Origin: the human T2T-CHM13v2.0 reference genome, Homo sapiens
Reading direction: 5' to 3' (one strand)
Assembly: GCF_009914755.1 (NCBI RefSeq)
Contig: NC_060930.1
DNA: 64,000 nt
The position numbers were made by a program, and so were the translations under genes. Numbering within the stretch: position 1 is the stretch's first letter; every line of letters starts with the position of its first letter. Positions 14,723 through 26,909 of this stretch are shown here, in pieces. The notes beneath the pieces were generated by a model, which searched no databases, had not been told where the DNA came from, and saw nothing but the letters and a program-made list of their open reading frames with translations.

Positions 14723-16937
14723 GTTTAAATGATAATAGCCATTCCCCCAAATTCAACTAACTGCCTTTGTAAAGCTAATGAGAGACCACCAGACTAAGGG
14801 ATGAGAGGAGTCTAAATTCTGCTAAGGTACAGACATAAATGGTTACCCATCATTATTCCAGAGGTCGTAAGATATGCAGCTTCCCCAACTACTCCTGCAG
14901 ATAGCATCACTATTGCAGAAGCTAATATGGCCTTTTGAGATGTCTTTTCAGGTTTTTTGCATATCTGACAACTGCTGGCTCCACCTGAACCCACCAATTA
15001 CTATTTTGGCTCCACCCAGAAATGACACAGGTTCATAAGGACCATTTCCAACAGCCCTATGATAGCACTCTCAACCAATCTGCAGAAAGCACCCATTGTC
15101 TAGCCAACTGCCTCTCTTCCCCCAAGCTATCCTTGAAAACCCCAAGCTATCCTTGAAAACCCCAAGCCTCTGAATTCTGGAGAAGACTGATTTGAGTAAT
15201 AATAAAACACCAGTCTCCTGTTTTGCTGGCTCTACATGTATAAAACTCTTCTATTGCAATTCCCCTGCCTTGATAAATTGGCTCTATCTAGGCAGCAGGC
15301 AAGAAGAGTCCACTGGGCAGTTGGTTACACTCAGGAGGCTTAGGTGGGAGAATTGTTTGAGACGAGTTTGAGACCAGCCTGGGCAACACAGTGAAACCTT
15401 GTCTTAAATAAATAAATAAATAAATAGGTGTGATGGTATGTACCGGTAGTTCCAGCTACTTGGGAGGCTATGGTGGAAGTTTGAGGCTGCAATGAGCTAT
15501 GATCATGCCACTGTACCCTATCCTAGGTGACAGAGCAAGACCTCATCTCAAAAAATAAAAAACAAAAATAGGCAAAGATCTGAACAGGCAACTCACCAAA
15601 GAATGTACACAAATGGCCAATAAGCACATGAAAAGATGCTCAACATTATTAGTCATTAGCAAAATTAAAATTAAAATTAAAATGAGCTAACACTTCACAC
15701 CTTCTAGGATTGCTAAAATCAAAGACAATGACAAGTGTTAACAAGAATGCAGAAAAACTGGAATCCTTAAACATTGCTAGTGGAAAGGTGAAATGATGCA
15801 ACCATTTTGGAAAATAGTTTGGAGGTTTCTTGAAATGTTAAACAAGATCTACCATATGACCCAACAATTCCATTTCTAGGGAAATGTGCAAAAGAAATAA
15901 AAACATGTGTCTACACAAAGTCTTGCACATTTATGTTTATAGCAGCATTGTTCACAAGAGTCAAAAAGTGGCAAAAAACCCAGATGTCCATCAACTCTTA
16001 GGTGGACATATAAAATGTGATCTATCTATAGAATGGAATACTAATTGACAATAAAAGGGACTGAAGGAAGATACATACCACAACATGGATGAACCTCAAA
16101 AATATTACGCTAACTAAAAGAAACCAGACAGAAAACAACATATATGATTCTGTTTATGTGAAATATCCAGAAAAGACAAATCCATTGATACGGAAACTTT
16201 ATCAGGGGTGGTCTACGGCTGGAGGCAGGGGAGAAACAGGACAAATGGGTACAAGGTTTCTTTTTGGGGTGAGGAAAATATTCTAAAATTAGGCTATGGT
16301 AATAGTTGCATAATTCTATAAATTTACTAAAAATTGTTCAATTAAGCACTTAAATGAATTTTATAATATGTAAATTATCTCAATAAAGCTGAGATTTAAA
16401 AAAATATTTTAGTCACACTCCTTTTGAAAAAATGGAGTGACAGCAGTGTTCACACATGAAAAATATCTGTATCTGTCAAAATTCAATAAAAATTAATAAT
16501 GGTTCCCAGAATGTAAGACAGAATGTTAGACTATTCTAATATGGGTCAGTACATACAACTGAAATACTCTTAAAGGGATGTGTAATTTGTATTTATTGAA
16601 AAATAGCTCCAAGATTATCAATAAATAAGTTAAAGGACTGATCATAATACTAATAAATAAGGAAAATCTGTCAGTGTCAACCACTATAAAACCCTTAATC
16701 TAGACCAAAGCCGGGGTTATACATTAAGAGGGCAAAAAGCAAATGGAAAGTCATGTGCAAAAGGTTACCAAGTGGTCTAGTTAGGAAACAGATTAATCTG
16801 AGTGATAAAGGAAACATTTCCTCAGTTCTACATTAGCATAGGCTTTAACCTTGACACACACGTAACTGAACTGTTATTTGAAAGTCACATTTGCAATGAG
16901 ATCATCACTCATGACCACATCTTTCCTCAAAGAGAAT

Positions 16938-18884
16938 TATCAGGAGAAATTCAGCCAGATATTGGGCAAAATTCACCCCCGACATTTCACGTAGGTTCTT
17001 TTCTATTTTCCCTAAGCGTCAGCCGGTTTGAGAAATAAAGGGACAGAGTACAAAAGAGAGAAATTTTAAAGCTGGGCGTCTGGGGGAGACATCACATGTC
17101 GGTAGGTTCCATGATGCCCCACAAGCCACAAAACCAGCAAGTTTTATTAGGGACTTTCAAAAGGGGAAGGAGTGTACGATAGGGTGTGGGTCCCAAAGAT
17201 CACGTACTTCACAAGGTAATAGAATATCACAAGGCAAATGGAGGCAGGGGGAGATCACAGGACCACAGGACTGGGGCAAAATTAGAATTGCTAATGAAGT
17301 TTCGGACACCACTGTCACTGATAACATCTTATCAGGAGACAGGGTTTGAGAGCAACCGGTCTGACCAAAATTTATTAGGCGGGAATTTCCTCTTCCTAAT
17401 AAGCCTGGGAGCACTATGGGAGACTGGAGTTTATTTCATCCCTACAGTTTCGACCATAGAAGACGGCCACACCCAAGGGAGCCATTTTAGAGACCCACCC
17501 TCAGGGTCGCCTTCTCTTTCTCAGGGATGTTCCTTGCTGAGAAAAAGAATTCAGCGATATTTCTCCCATTTGCTTTTGAAAGAAGAGAAATAGGCTCTGT
17601 TCCACCTGGCTCAACAGCAGTCAGAGTTTAAGGTTATCTCTCTTATTCCCTGAACAATTGCTGTTATCCTGTTCTTTTTTTTTTTTTTTTTTTAGTATTT
17701 ATTGATCATTCTTGGGTGTTTCTCGGAGAGAGGGATTTGGCAGGGTCATAGGACAATAGTGGAGAGAACGTCAGCAGATAAACATGTGAACAAAGGTCTC
17801 TGGTTTTCCTAGGCAGAGGTCCCTGCGGCCTTCTGCAGTGTTTGTGTCCCTGGGTACTTGAGATTAGGGAGTGGTGATGACTCTTAACCAGCATGCTGCC
17901 TTCAAGCATCTGTTTAACAAAGCACATCTTGCACCGCCCTTAATCCATTTAACCCTGAGTGGACACAGCACATGTTTCAGAGAGCACGGGGTTGGGGGTA
18001 AGGTCACAGATCAACAGCATCCCAAGGCAGAAGAATTTTTCTTAGTACAGAACAAAATGGAGGCTCCTATGTCTACTACTTTCCACACAGACACGGTAAC
18101 AATGTGATCTCTCTTTCTTTTCCCCACATTTCCCCCTTTTCTATTGGACAAAACCGCCATCGTCATCATGGCCCGTTCTCAATGAGCTGTTTGGTACACC
18201 TCCCAGACAGGGTGGCGGCCGGGCAGAGGGGCTCCTCACTTCCCAGATGGGGCGGCCAGGCAGAGGGGCCCCCCACCCCCCAGACGGGGCAGCCGGGCAG
18301 AGGCGCCCCCCGCCACCTTCCAGACTGGGCGGCTGCCGGGCGGGGGCAGCCCCCCACCGCCTCCCAGACAGGGCAGCTGCCGGGCAGGGGCGTCCCCCCC
18401 ACCTCCCAGACGGGGCGGCTGCCGGGCGGGGGCGCCCCCCCACCTCCCAGACAGGGCAGCTGCTGGGCAGGGGCGGCCCCCCCCACCTCCCAGATGGGGC
18501 GGCTGCCAGGCGGGGGCACTATCCTGTTCTTTTTTCAACATGCCCAGATTTCATATTGTTCAAACACACATGCTCTACAATTTGTGCAGTTAACGCAATT
18601 ATCACAGGGTCCTGAGGCAACATACATCCTCCTCAGCTGACAGGATTAAGAGATTAAAGTAAAGACAGGCCTAGCAAATCACAAGGGTATTGACTGGGGA
18701 AGTGATAAGTGTCCATGAAATCTTCACAATTTGTGTTTAGAGACTGCAGTAAAGACAGGCATAGGAAATTATAAAAGTATTAATTTGGGGAACTAATAAA
18801 TGTCCATGAAATCTTCACAATCCATGTTCTTCTGCCATGGCTTCAGCCGGTCCCTCCGTTTGGGGTCCCTGACTTCCGGCAACA
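16938..18884 (-). mobile_element. MER11 solo LTR (HERV-K HML-8), split by an SVA
   Basis: Minus strand starts TGTTGCCGGAAGTCAGGGACCCCAAACGGAGGGACCGGCTGAAGCCATGGC and ends GGCTGAATTTCTCCTGATA; 6-bp TSD gagaat (16932-16937, 18885-18890). Confidence 0.92.
17681..18519 (-). mobile_element. 5'-truncated SVA (part of VNTR + SINE-R + poly(A)), probably an older subfamily
   Basis: Poly-T followed by tttattgatcattcttgggtgtttctc (SVA 3' end), SINE-R, and GC-rich ~40-bp VNTR units (cctcccagacggggcggctgccggg) at ~18195-18519; 16-bp TSD tatcctgttctttttt (17665-17680, 18520-18535). Confidence 0.95.
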
Positions 18885-19170
18885 GAGAATTATCACAGAA
18901 ATAAAATTCTGTCTAAGTAGTAAAGCAATATACTGAACTGGCCTATTCAAATACCATTTTGTTAAATAAATCAAAGAGGAAAGCTCATTCACAAAAGCAG
19001 TTATGGTAGAAAATCACATTCATAGAACCACAGCTGGATTTACATACAGGAAAGGAAAGCCACCTTCATAAACCGATTTAGGGAAAATACAGAAGACCAT
19101 CCTGTCTTCACCATTCAAGTGAATATACACAAAACTTTCCCTTAAATATATACAAAACCTCACCCTAAGG

Positions 19171-19459
19171 CAGAGGTCGGCAAACTTTTTCAATACAGGG
19201 CCAGAAAGTATTTTTGGCTTTGAGGGCCATATAGTATATAACCACACATAAATGAATGGGTGTGGCTGGGTTCAATACAATTTTATTTATGAACAATGAA
19301 TTTTAGATTTCATATAATTTTCATATGGTACAAAATATTCTTCTTCTTTTGTTCTCAATTATTTAAAAATGTAAAACATATTCTTAGCTCAGGGACATTA
19401 ACAAAAAAAAAAAGGCCATGACTGGATTTGGCCCACAGGCCATAGTCTGTAGACCCCTG
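19171..19459. mobile_element. MER58B-like hAT MITE
   Basis: Termini cagaggtcggcaaact ... tagtctgtagacccctg; degenerate 8-bp TSD ccctaagg/tccaaagg. Confidence 0.75.
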
Positions 19460-19644
19460 TCCAAAGGCTCCTTGGTTAGAATGCAAATACACTTAGGAGG
19501 AATTAGCACATTAGTCATTATCAGCCCTTAACTCCTTTAAAGGAGATGAATTATCCAATTGCCTTGCCCTGGCAAATTAAGAGTGGGAATGACTAAGTTT
19601 TTACAAAGTAACATTACCTTGTTCTTTTTTGACAATAAAAGTAG

Positions 19645-19971
<327 letters not shown>

Positions 19972-20572
19972 TAAAAGTAGTACATGTTCTTTTTAGAAAA
20001 ACTTTAAAGTAGTTAAGACTAAAGGAATTATCCTACATTGTAGAAATAAAAAGCGGCTATAAAGGTAAGTAAATAGCTGAACATGTACAAAGGCAGGGAG
20101 GTGAAAGGTAGAAGATAATATAAACATAGTTGAGATCATAACATAGGTAACTTCTGTGCATGCTCTGGCATTGTATAGCTCTGATTACATGGCAGACTTT
20201 CCTTCAACTCATTTTCTGTCTTCAACTCAGTAGCCTTAAAAATTTCAAATATAAAAACTGAAAGAGAATATGTTAGAAATGTATGATAGAAAATCTTATC
20301 ACATGAGAATAAAATAAAGGAAATGGAACTATCTGGTTGACAAGTTAAAAGAAAAACGTGGTGAAGGAGGACAAAATAGTTTCTTCAGGTATTCAAGAGC
20401 TGCCATATACATTTTATATCATTCTGGGGGGCTGGCCCAAGATAAGTAGGTGGAAGTTAGGGTATGAGAATTTTAGACAATTAAAGAAATAGCTCAGTTA
20501 TAATTCAAGAGAACCAAAAGGGTAAGTCATCCATAAATTAGAAAATAATTGACCTATAAGAAGGGCTGTGAG

Positions 20573-20868
<296 letters not shown>

Positions 20869-22279
20869 AAAGAAGGGCTGTGAGAAAACATTTCTGCAAT
20901 GACCACCAAATTAACTAGGCCCCATCCAGATCTGTAACTCAAATTAATACAATATTAATTAAATTTGCTTGAAAGCACTCACTTTAAAACTCTACTGCAG
21001 GATTTCCCAAAGGGAGATTAATAGATACTCTTTGACAAAAGATTCCAAGACCAAATGAATTAGGAAACATTGGATTAAACAGGGTTCTCTCCCACAGAAT
21101 TTTTCTCTTTTTAGTATGCTAATGTGTACCATAAATCTCTTCAACCAGAAAATGCTACTTTCCAATCTCTTTGGCAAATGAAACCTTCCTCCGCTGCTCC
21201 CCCAACCCAGGGTATCCCACAACACCGGTGTTCCTGGGAACCTGATTTGAAAACTGCTGTTTCTCTTCCAAAAAACATGTTTTTATTTAATCTTCTCAAC
21301 ACTGGAAAATTAATTTTAAAATTCAGCAAGAAAGTATTAATCAGAAATTAAATTTGAATTCTATTTAGCAACCTGGAAGACATGTTAAAACTGCTCTATT
21401 ATATATACTGCTCAGTAAAATCAAAGTGTCCTTAAGTGTGTTTCTTAAGTTTTTTAAGTTAACATAAAATTAAAGTTAGATGTTTAAGACATTTGGGAAC
21501 AATAACAAACTATGAGGTAAAAGAAAGGATAATATTAAAACCCATTAACTAGGACAATAGCTCTATAGGAATCATTTCTACTTTTAGAATATGCATGGAT
21601 ACTGATGCTGTGTCCTTCTGGTGTAACTGTACTTAAATCTAAGATAAGAAATGTTTACACTATTCTCCAAGAATTCAGTAAGTAGTATTGGTGTTTGGAG
21701 ATTCCAAGTGTTGAGTTTGTTGGTTTAAAAAATAATAACAATAACACGGGAAGGCTGCTAATGCTCTTGTAGAAAACCTAAGTGCTAGAATCTGCTCAGG
21801 CAGGAGGTTGAAATGCTATGTTGTGGCTATGACTCTACTGGGCTACTGCTCTGCAAATTATCTAATCTCGGCTAAACTCAACTAGTGATATGATGGCTCA
21901 CAAATAATCCAAACAGTCTCTGCCATGCACTCACAGCATCTCACCTCACACTGTCATATCCATGTGAAGGGGGAAAAACTAGTGTTAGAGTGGTTCTTGG
22001 CCAGACCACAGAAAACACATTCCTTATTTAGAGCTCACTGTTTAACTGGCATTCATCACTGTAATACTATTATAAAACCACTACAGTTGCATATTGCAGG
22101 CATTCTTCCCTTTTCAATATATAGGCAATATTATGACTCAAATACATAAAAAAGCAATCAGGACCACAAGCCACTGTTAGAGAAGACAGGCGGACAAATC
22201 TGAAGCTTTTTGACAATCTTAAGGGTCTATAGATATAAAGATATATAACAGGCTGTTTTACACACACACACACACTGTG

Positions 22280-22480
22280 TAACAGGCACTGTGTTCAAAA
22301 TTCTATGTAAATTATTTCATGGAATATAACCCCAATAAGAGGGCACTATTCTTATCTGTTTTACAAATGAGAAAACTAAGGCCTAGAAAGGTTCAAAGTC
22401 ATACTACTAGAAAATAGTTGAGGAGAGACGTGAGTCTAAGCAGCTCAGTCCAGAGTCTGTGCTTTTCCCCACCACACTGT
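22280..22480 (-). mobile_element. MIR fragment
   Basis: ttttacaaatgagaaaactaaggcctagaaaggtt core; boundaries approximate. Confidence 0.7.
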
Positions 22481-24284
22481 GCCACCTACCCTGGGTCACA
22501 AAGTACAATGAAAGAATGTGTTGCAAAAAGTAGGAATATCTTAGAATAACTTACCACTGAGGCAGACTCCAGGTATGACTAGCTTACTACCCTGTTGACC
22601 TTCCTATGCACAGCTGACTTTTCTTCCTGAATCTATTTGACATTCCACTGGAGATTTATTTCCCAGCGGGATGGCTAATGTGCTCTATCATTCACAGACT
22701 ACAGTGAATGAGGTTCCCATCAGTCTTTCTTCATGACCCTAGCTGAAACCAGCTGCTCTGGGAGTCCAAGATGAAACATGAACACTCTGGAAAAGAGAGT
22801 GCCTCGGGAGGACACACACATGCACTGGGCCCCTGGGTAGAAGAGGGTGATTCTAAGGAATGGACAAAGAAAAGGAGTTAGGTAGTTTGAAATTTAAATC
22901 TATTTGGGAATGAGAGGAGGAAACCACTCTTTCTCCTCTAGTATATGGCTTCTTGAGCACTTAACATCTGTACGATAGTATATGCATTAAATAAGATCTA
23001 GAGGGCTAGCCTGAGAACAAGACCAGTTCTTGTTCTACATTGTAACAAGTTTCACCCATTTAAGGAAATGCAATTTCAGGCCTCTAAGAATGACTTATGA
23101 AAGCTCCCATTCCATATGTTAAGAACTCTATACATATGCAGCAGCAAAAACTGACATATTAATGAATGCCATGGGTTCCTTAAATTTTAAACCTAGTGGA
23201 TTTTCCAGGAGAGTTTTTTTTTTAATCACAAACAAGATTACTTGAAATTTTTTGATAAAAATATATTTAAGCAAACAACAGCATCAGAATATATTAACAC
23301 TGTACATCAACAGCATTGTGCCATCCAGTCAGGTATGAATTTCAACACTTTTGGAAATACGCAATAGCCTTCCCAGCTTCAACAGCTTCCCTTTGAAGTC
23401 AGCCCTCTTTTAAATGTTCACAACACAGTAATTTCTTCTATATTATATTAGGTTCAAATGACTCAGTTTCCAAACTCCTCAGCAAGTCCAATTCCTTCCC
23501 TGGAAGGAGTGGCCTTCTACCTCTCTGATTACAGGTTTCATTTCCTTTGCTATTTGTCTTTCTCTGTCAGTCCCTCTGTCAGACTAAAACTAGTCTCTGA
23601 ATTCTCCCTCAGGTTTGCAATATGGTAAACCCTCACTAGAGCCTGGAAATGGGGTTTTCTATTTGATTCTATGGAAAAGAATATCTTAGACCTTCAAAGA
23701 AACCTGGCTACATCTACAATAAGACAACAGTGGTTAAGAACAGCAAAGCTAATTAGTAACTTAGGGCAAATTAATTAATCTCACCTATGAATATGAGTAA
23801 ACTTCCTACTACCTAGCTATAAATGGAGAAACTGGTTTATCCAGTGGACAGAACATAGCAGTCAGAAGAATGAATCCTAACTTGGACCCCACTGGTCAAC
23901 CTGTTGGACTTGGGGCCTCAGTTTCTATACCTATAATTAAATAGACCTTTTTAGCTTTATAAGAAGAAAGTCACCATAAGTTTATTTCTCTTTTCCTGCA
24001 GACTAACGTTTATCTCACTCCTACCAAAGCAAGCCTTTCACTTCTCCATCATAGAAGTAATATAGTATACTAGTGGGAAAAAAAGCTTTATTTAGTTTCA
24101 TATTCATTCATTACACATCAAATTCCTTAGTACGGTCTGAGGAAAACAGCAGTGTATCAGACAATATGCTAGAGGCCGCAGATGCATTGTTTCTTATAAC
24201 AGATATAACCTGTCCTTATGCAGCTTTGAGTCTAGTTTTGAATAACAAACCAAGTCTAGTGCTTTAATCCTCCTACTACAGAAC

Positions 24285-24716
24285 TGTAAAAGGAAAATAA
24301 ATCTTGGGGCCCCAAAATCACTAAGCTAAAGGGAAAAGTCAAGCTGGGAACTGCTTAGGGCAAACCTGCCTCCCATTCTATTCAAAGTCACCCTCTGCTC
24401 ACTGAGATAAATGCATATCTCATTGCCTCCTTTGGAAAGGCTAATCAGAACTCAAAAGAATGCAATCATTTGTCTCTTATCTACCTGTGACCTGGAAGCC
24501 ACCTCCCCACTTTGAGTTGTCCCACCTTTCTGGACTGAACCAATGTACATCTTACACATATTGATCTATGTCTCATGTCTCCCTAAAATGCATAAAACCT
24601 AGCTGTGCCCGGACCACGTTGGGCACATTTCGTCAGGACCTCCTGAGGCTATGTCATGGGCACACATCCTCAACCTTGGAAAAACAAACATTCTAAATTA
24701 ACTGAGACCTGTCACA
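24285..24716 (+). mobile_element. MER4A/MER4A1 solo LTR (ERV1)
   Basis: Starts tgtaaaaggaaaataaatcttggggccccaaaatcactaagctaaagggaaaagtcaagctggg; TG...CA ends; 4-bp TSD gaac (24281-24284, 24717-24720). Confidence 0.88.
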
Positions 24717-25119
24717 GAACACACACACTTCCAATGTGAAGATCTGTACAACATGATTTAGAATATGTTAGCACCACTGAACAAAGTGTAATTTTTTTTC
24801 TTCTTTGAAAACGCTTTAGAAATTACCCTTTTCCAGCTAAAACAATGACCCTCAGGAATGCTGCTTGGCTTCTTTGCATACTTTTATCTGTATCTCTAAA
24901 CTCTTGCCTAGTGTGTTGATTGAAGAAGAATGCAAATAGAAATTTATGGCTACATAACAAGGCCAGGGCATACCAGCCAAGATAGAGTATATGAGGGAAT
25001 GCTGAAAGAAATTAGAACACAGCAAAGAGGCCATGTGCCCTAGCATATTGCTTTCTTTCTACTTCTCTGTCTCCATTTCTTCTTCATGATTCAAGATTCT
25101 GTGTCTTTATATTTTGGCA

Positions 25120-25330
25120 TAATGCAATGGCATGATGTAGTTCTGTGGAGCCAGGAAGGACGAAGGACTAAATCTCAGCTCTGCCAACATTTTAGCTACT
25201 TCATGTTGGGCAGATAACTTATCCTCCCTGAGCCTCAGTTTTCTCACTGATAAAATAAGGATTAAATCAGATAATGTATGTAATGTATCTAGTGCAGGGT
25301 CAAGCACATAATAAGCACTCAATAAATGGC
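25120..25330 (+). mobile_element. MIR
   Basis: ctgagcctcagttttctcactgataaaat...taagcactcaataaatgg. Confidence 0.75.
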
Positions 25331-25710
25331 ATTGACAGTGGTGGTAGTAATAATGATAATCAGGAATAAGAAAGTCAAGAAGAAGAAAAACTATAAATTG
25401 ACCACAAGATAGAACTAAAGTTATTTGAGGGAATTACTGAATAAAATTTTGGTGTTCTTAATTTGAAAAGATAGTTCACAATTTTATCAACAAACACTAA
25501 AATGACTTATAATTGCTTAAATGGCCCTCATAAGAAAAAACAAAAAGTTTGTCTTCTTGTCATGAAATAATTTTAGGTTCAAAAGATATTTTGCTATTAA
25601 TCCATTTTTCCATTCTATATAAATAAATTCTTGTTCTGTATTCTTCAAAAATGTCAATTTCATACAAGTCTCCAAAAAGGCTATAGAAACTGTTTCCAAT
25701 TAAAGCAGGT

Positions 25711-25993
25711 TGGCAGGACATGGTGGCTCACACCTATAATCCCAACACCTAGGGAGACAAAGGCAGCAGTCTGGCCAACATATTGAAACCTCGTCTCTAT
25801 TAAAAAATACTAAAAATTAGCTGGGCATGGTGGCTCATGCCTGTAATCCCAGCTGCTCAGGAGGCTGAGGCACAAGAATCACCTGAATCCAGGAGGGAGA
25901 GGTTGCAGTGAGCTGAGATCACGCCACTGCACTCCAGCACGGGTGACAGAGCCAGACTCTGTCTCAAAAAAAATAATTAATTAAATAAACAAA
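25711..25993 (+). mobile_element. AluS with a left-arm deletion
   Basis: Alu body; TSD taaagcaggtt. Confidence 0.9.
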
Positions 25994-26259
25994 TAAAGCA
26001 GGTTAAAGAGACATGACACCTAAATGCAATACCTGACCCTGAACTGGTCCTTGCCCTCGGGGAAGAGAGGATGATGTAAAAGATCAACAAACAAGACTGA
26101 AATACAGACATTAAAATATTATACCAATATAAATTTATGAAGTTGCTAACTGTGTGGTCCAAAACAGAATAACCCTATTCTTAGGAAATACATACTGAAG
26201 TATTTAGAGGTAAAGGATTATGGTATATATAACTTACCCTCAAGTGGTTCAGATAAAAA

Positions 26260-26263
<4 letters not shown>

Positions 26264-26301
<38 letters not shown>
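26264..26301. repeat. (CA)n microsatellite within an old L1 3' fragment
   Basis: Uninterrupted AC run of about 19 units. Confidence 0.95.
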
Positions 26302-26303
<2 letters not shown>

Positions 26304-26596
26304 CTGGGGAAGGGAGAATAATAAAGCAAACTAGGTAAAACATTAACAAGAGCTCAATCTGGGTAAACAGTCTATCAGTGTTCCTTGTACTACTTTATTT
26401 TTGCAACTTTTTAAAGTTTAAAATATTTCCAAGTGAGTTCGATAAGGCTAAAGTTTAGGAACTACTAACATAAATCTAAGGTCTGGGGAAAAAAGTCTTA
26501 TTTGTAGGTTTTAAGAACCCAAAGCAATACACTCTACCAAGCAGTATTTTTCATTAGCCCTTTATAAAGTTGATGCTTCAAAAATTCCCCTATTTT

Positions 26597-26909
<313 letters not shown>

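Noticed and set aside
17706-18640. Cluster of long overlapping ORFs (up to 178 aa) on both strands
   Set aside because: They arise from the stop-poor, GC-rich SVA VNTR and SINE-R; low-complexity translations with no gene structure.
22549-22630. Strong donor GTG|gtaagt suggesting a cassette exon, or a plectin 2-alpha-like microexon, between the CH1 exons
   Set aside because: No good polypyrimidine acceptor and no recognisable peptide; I found no HWRAE-like 15-nt exon by eye.
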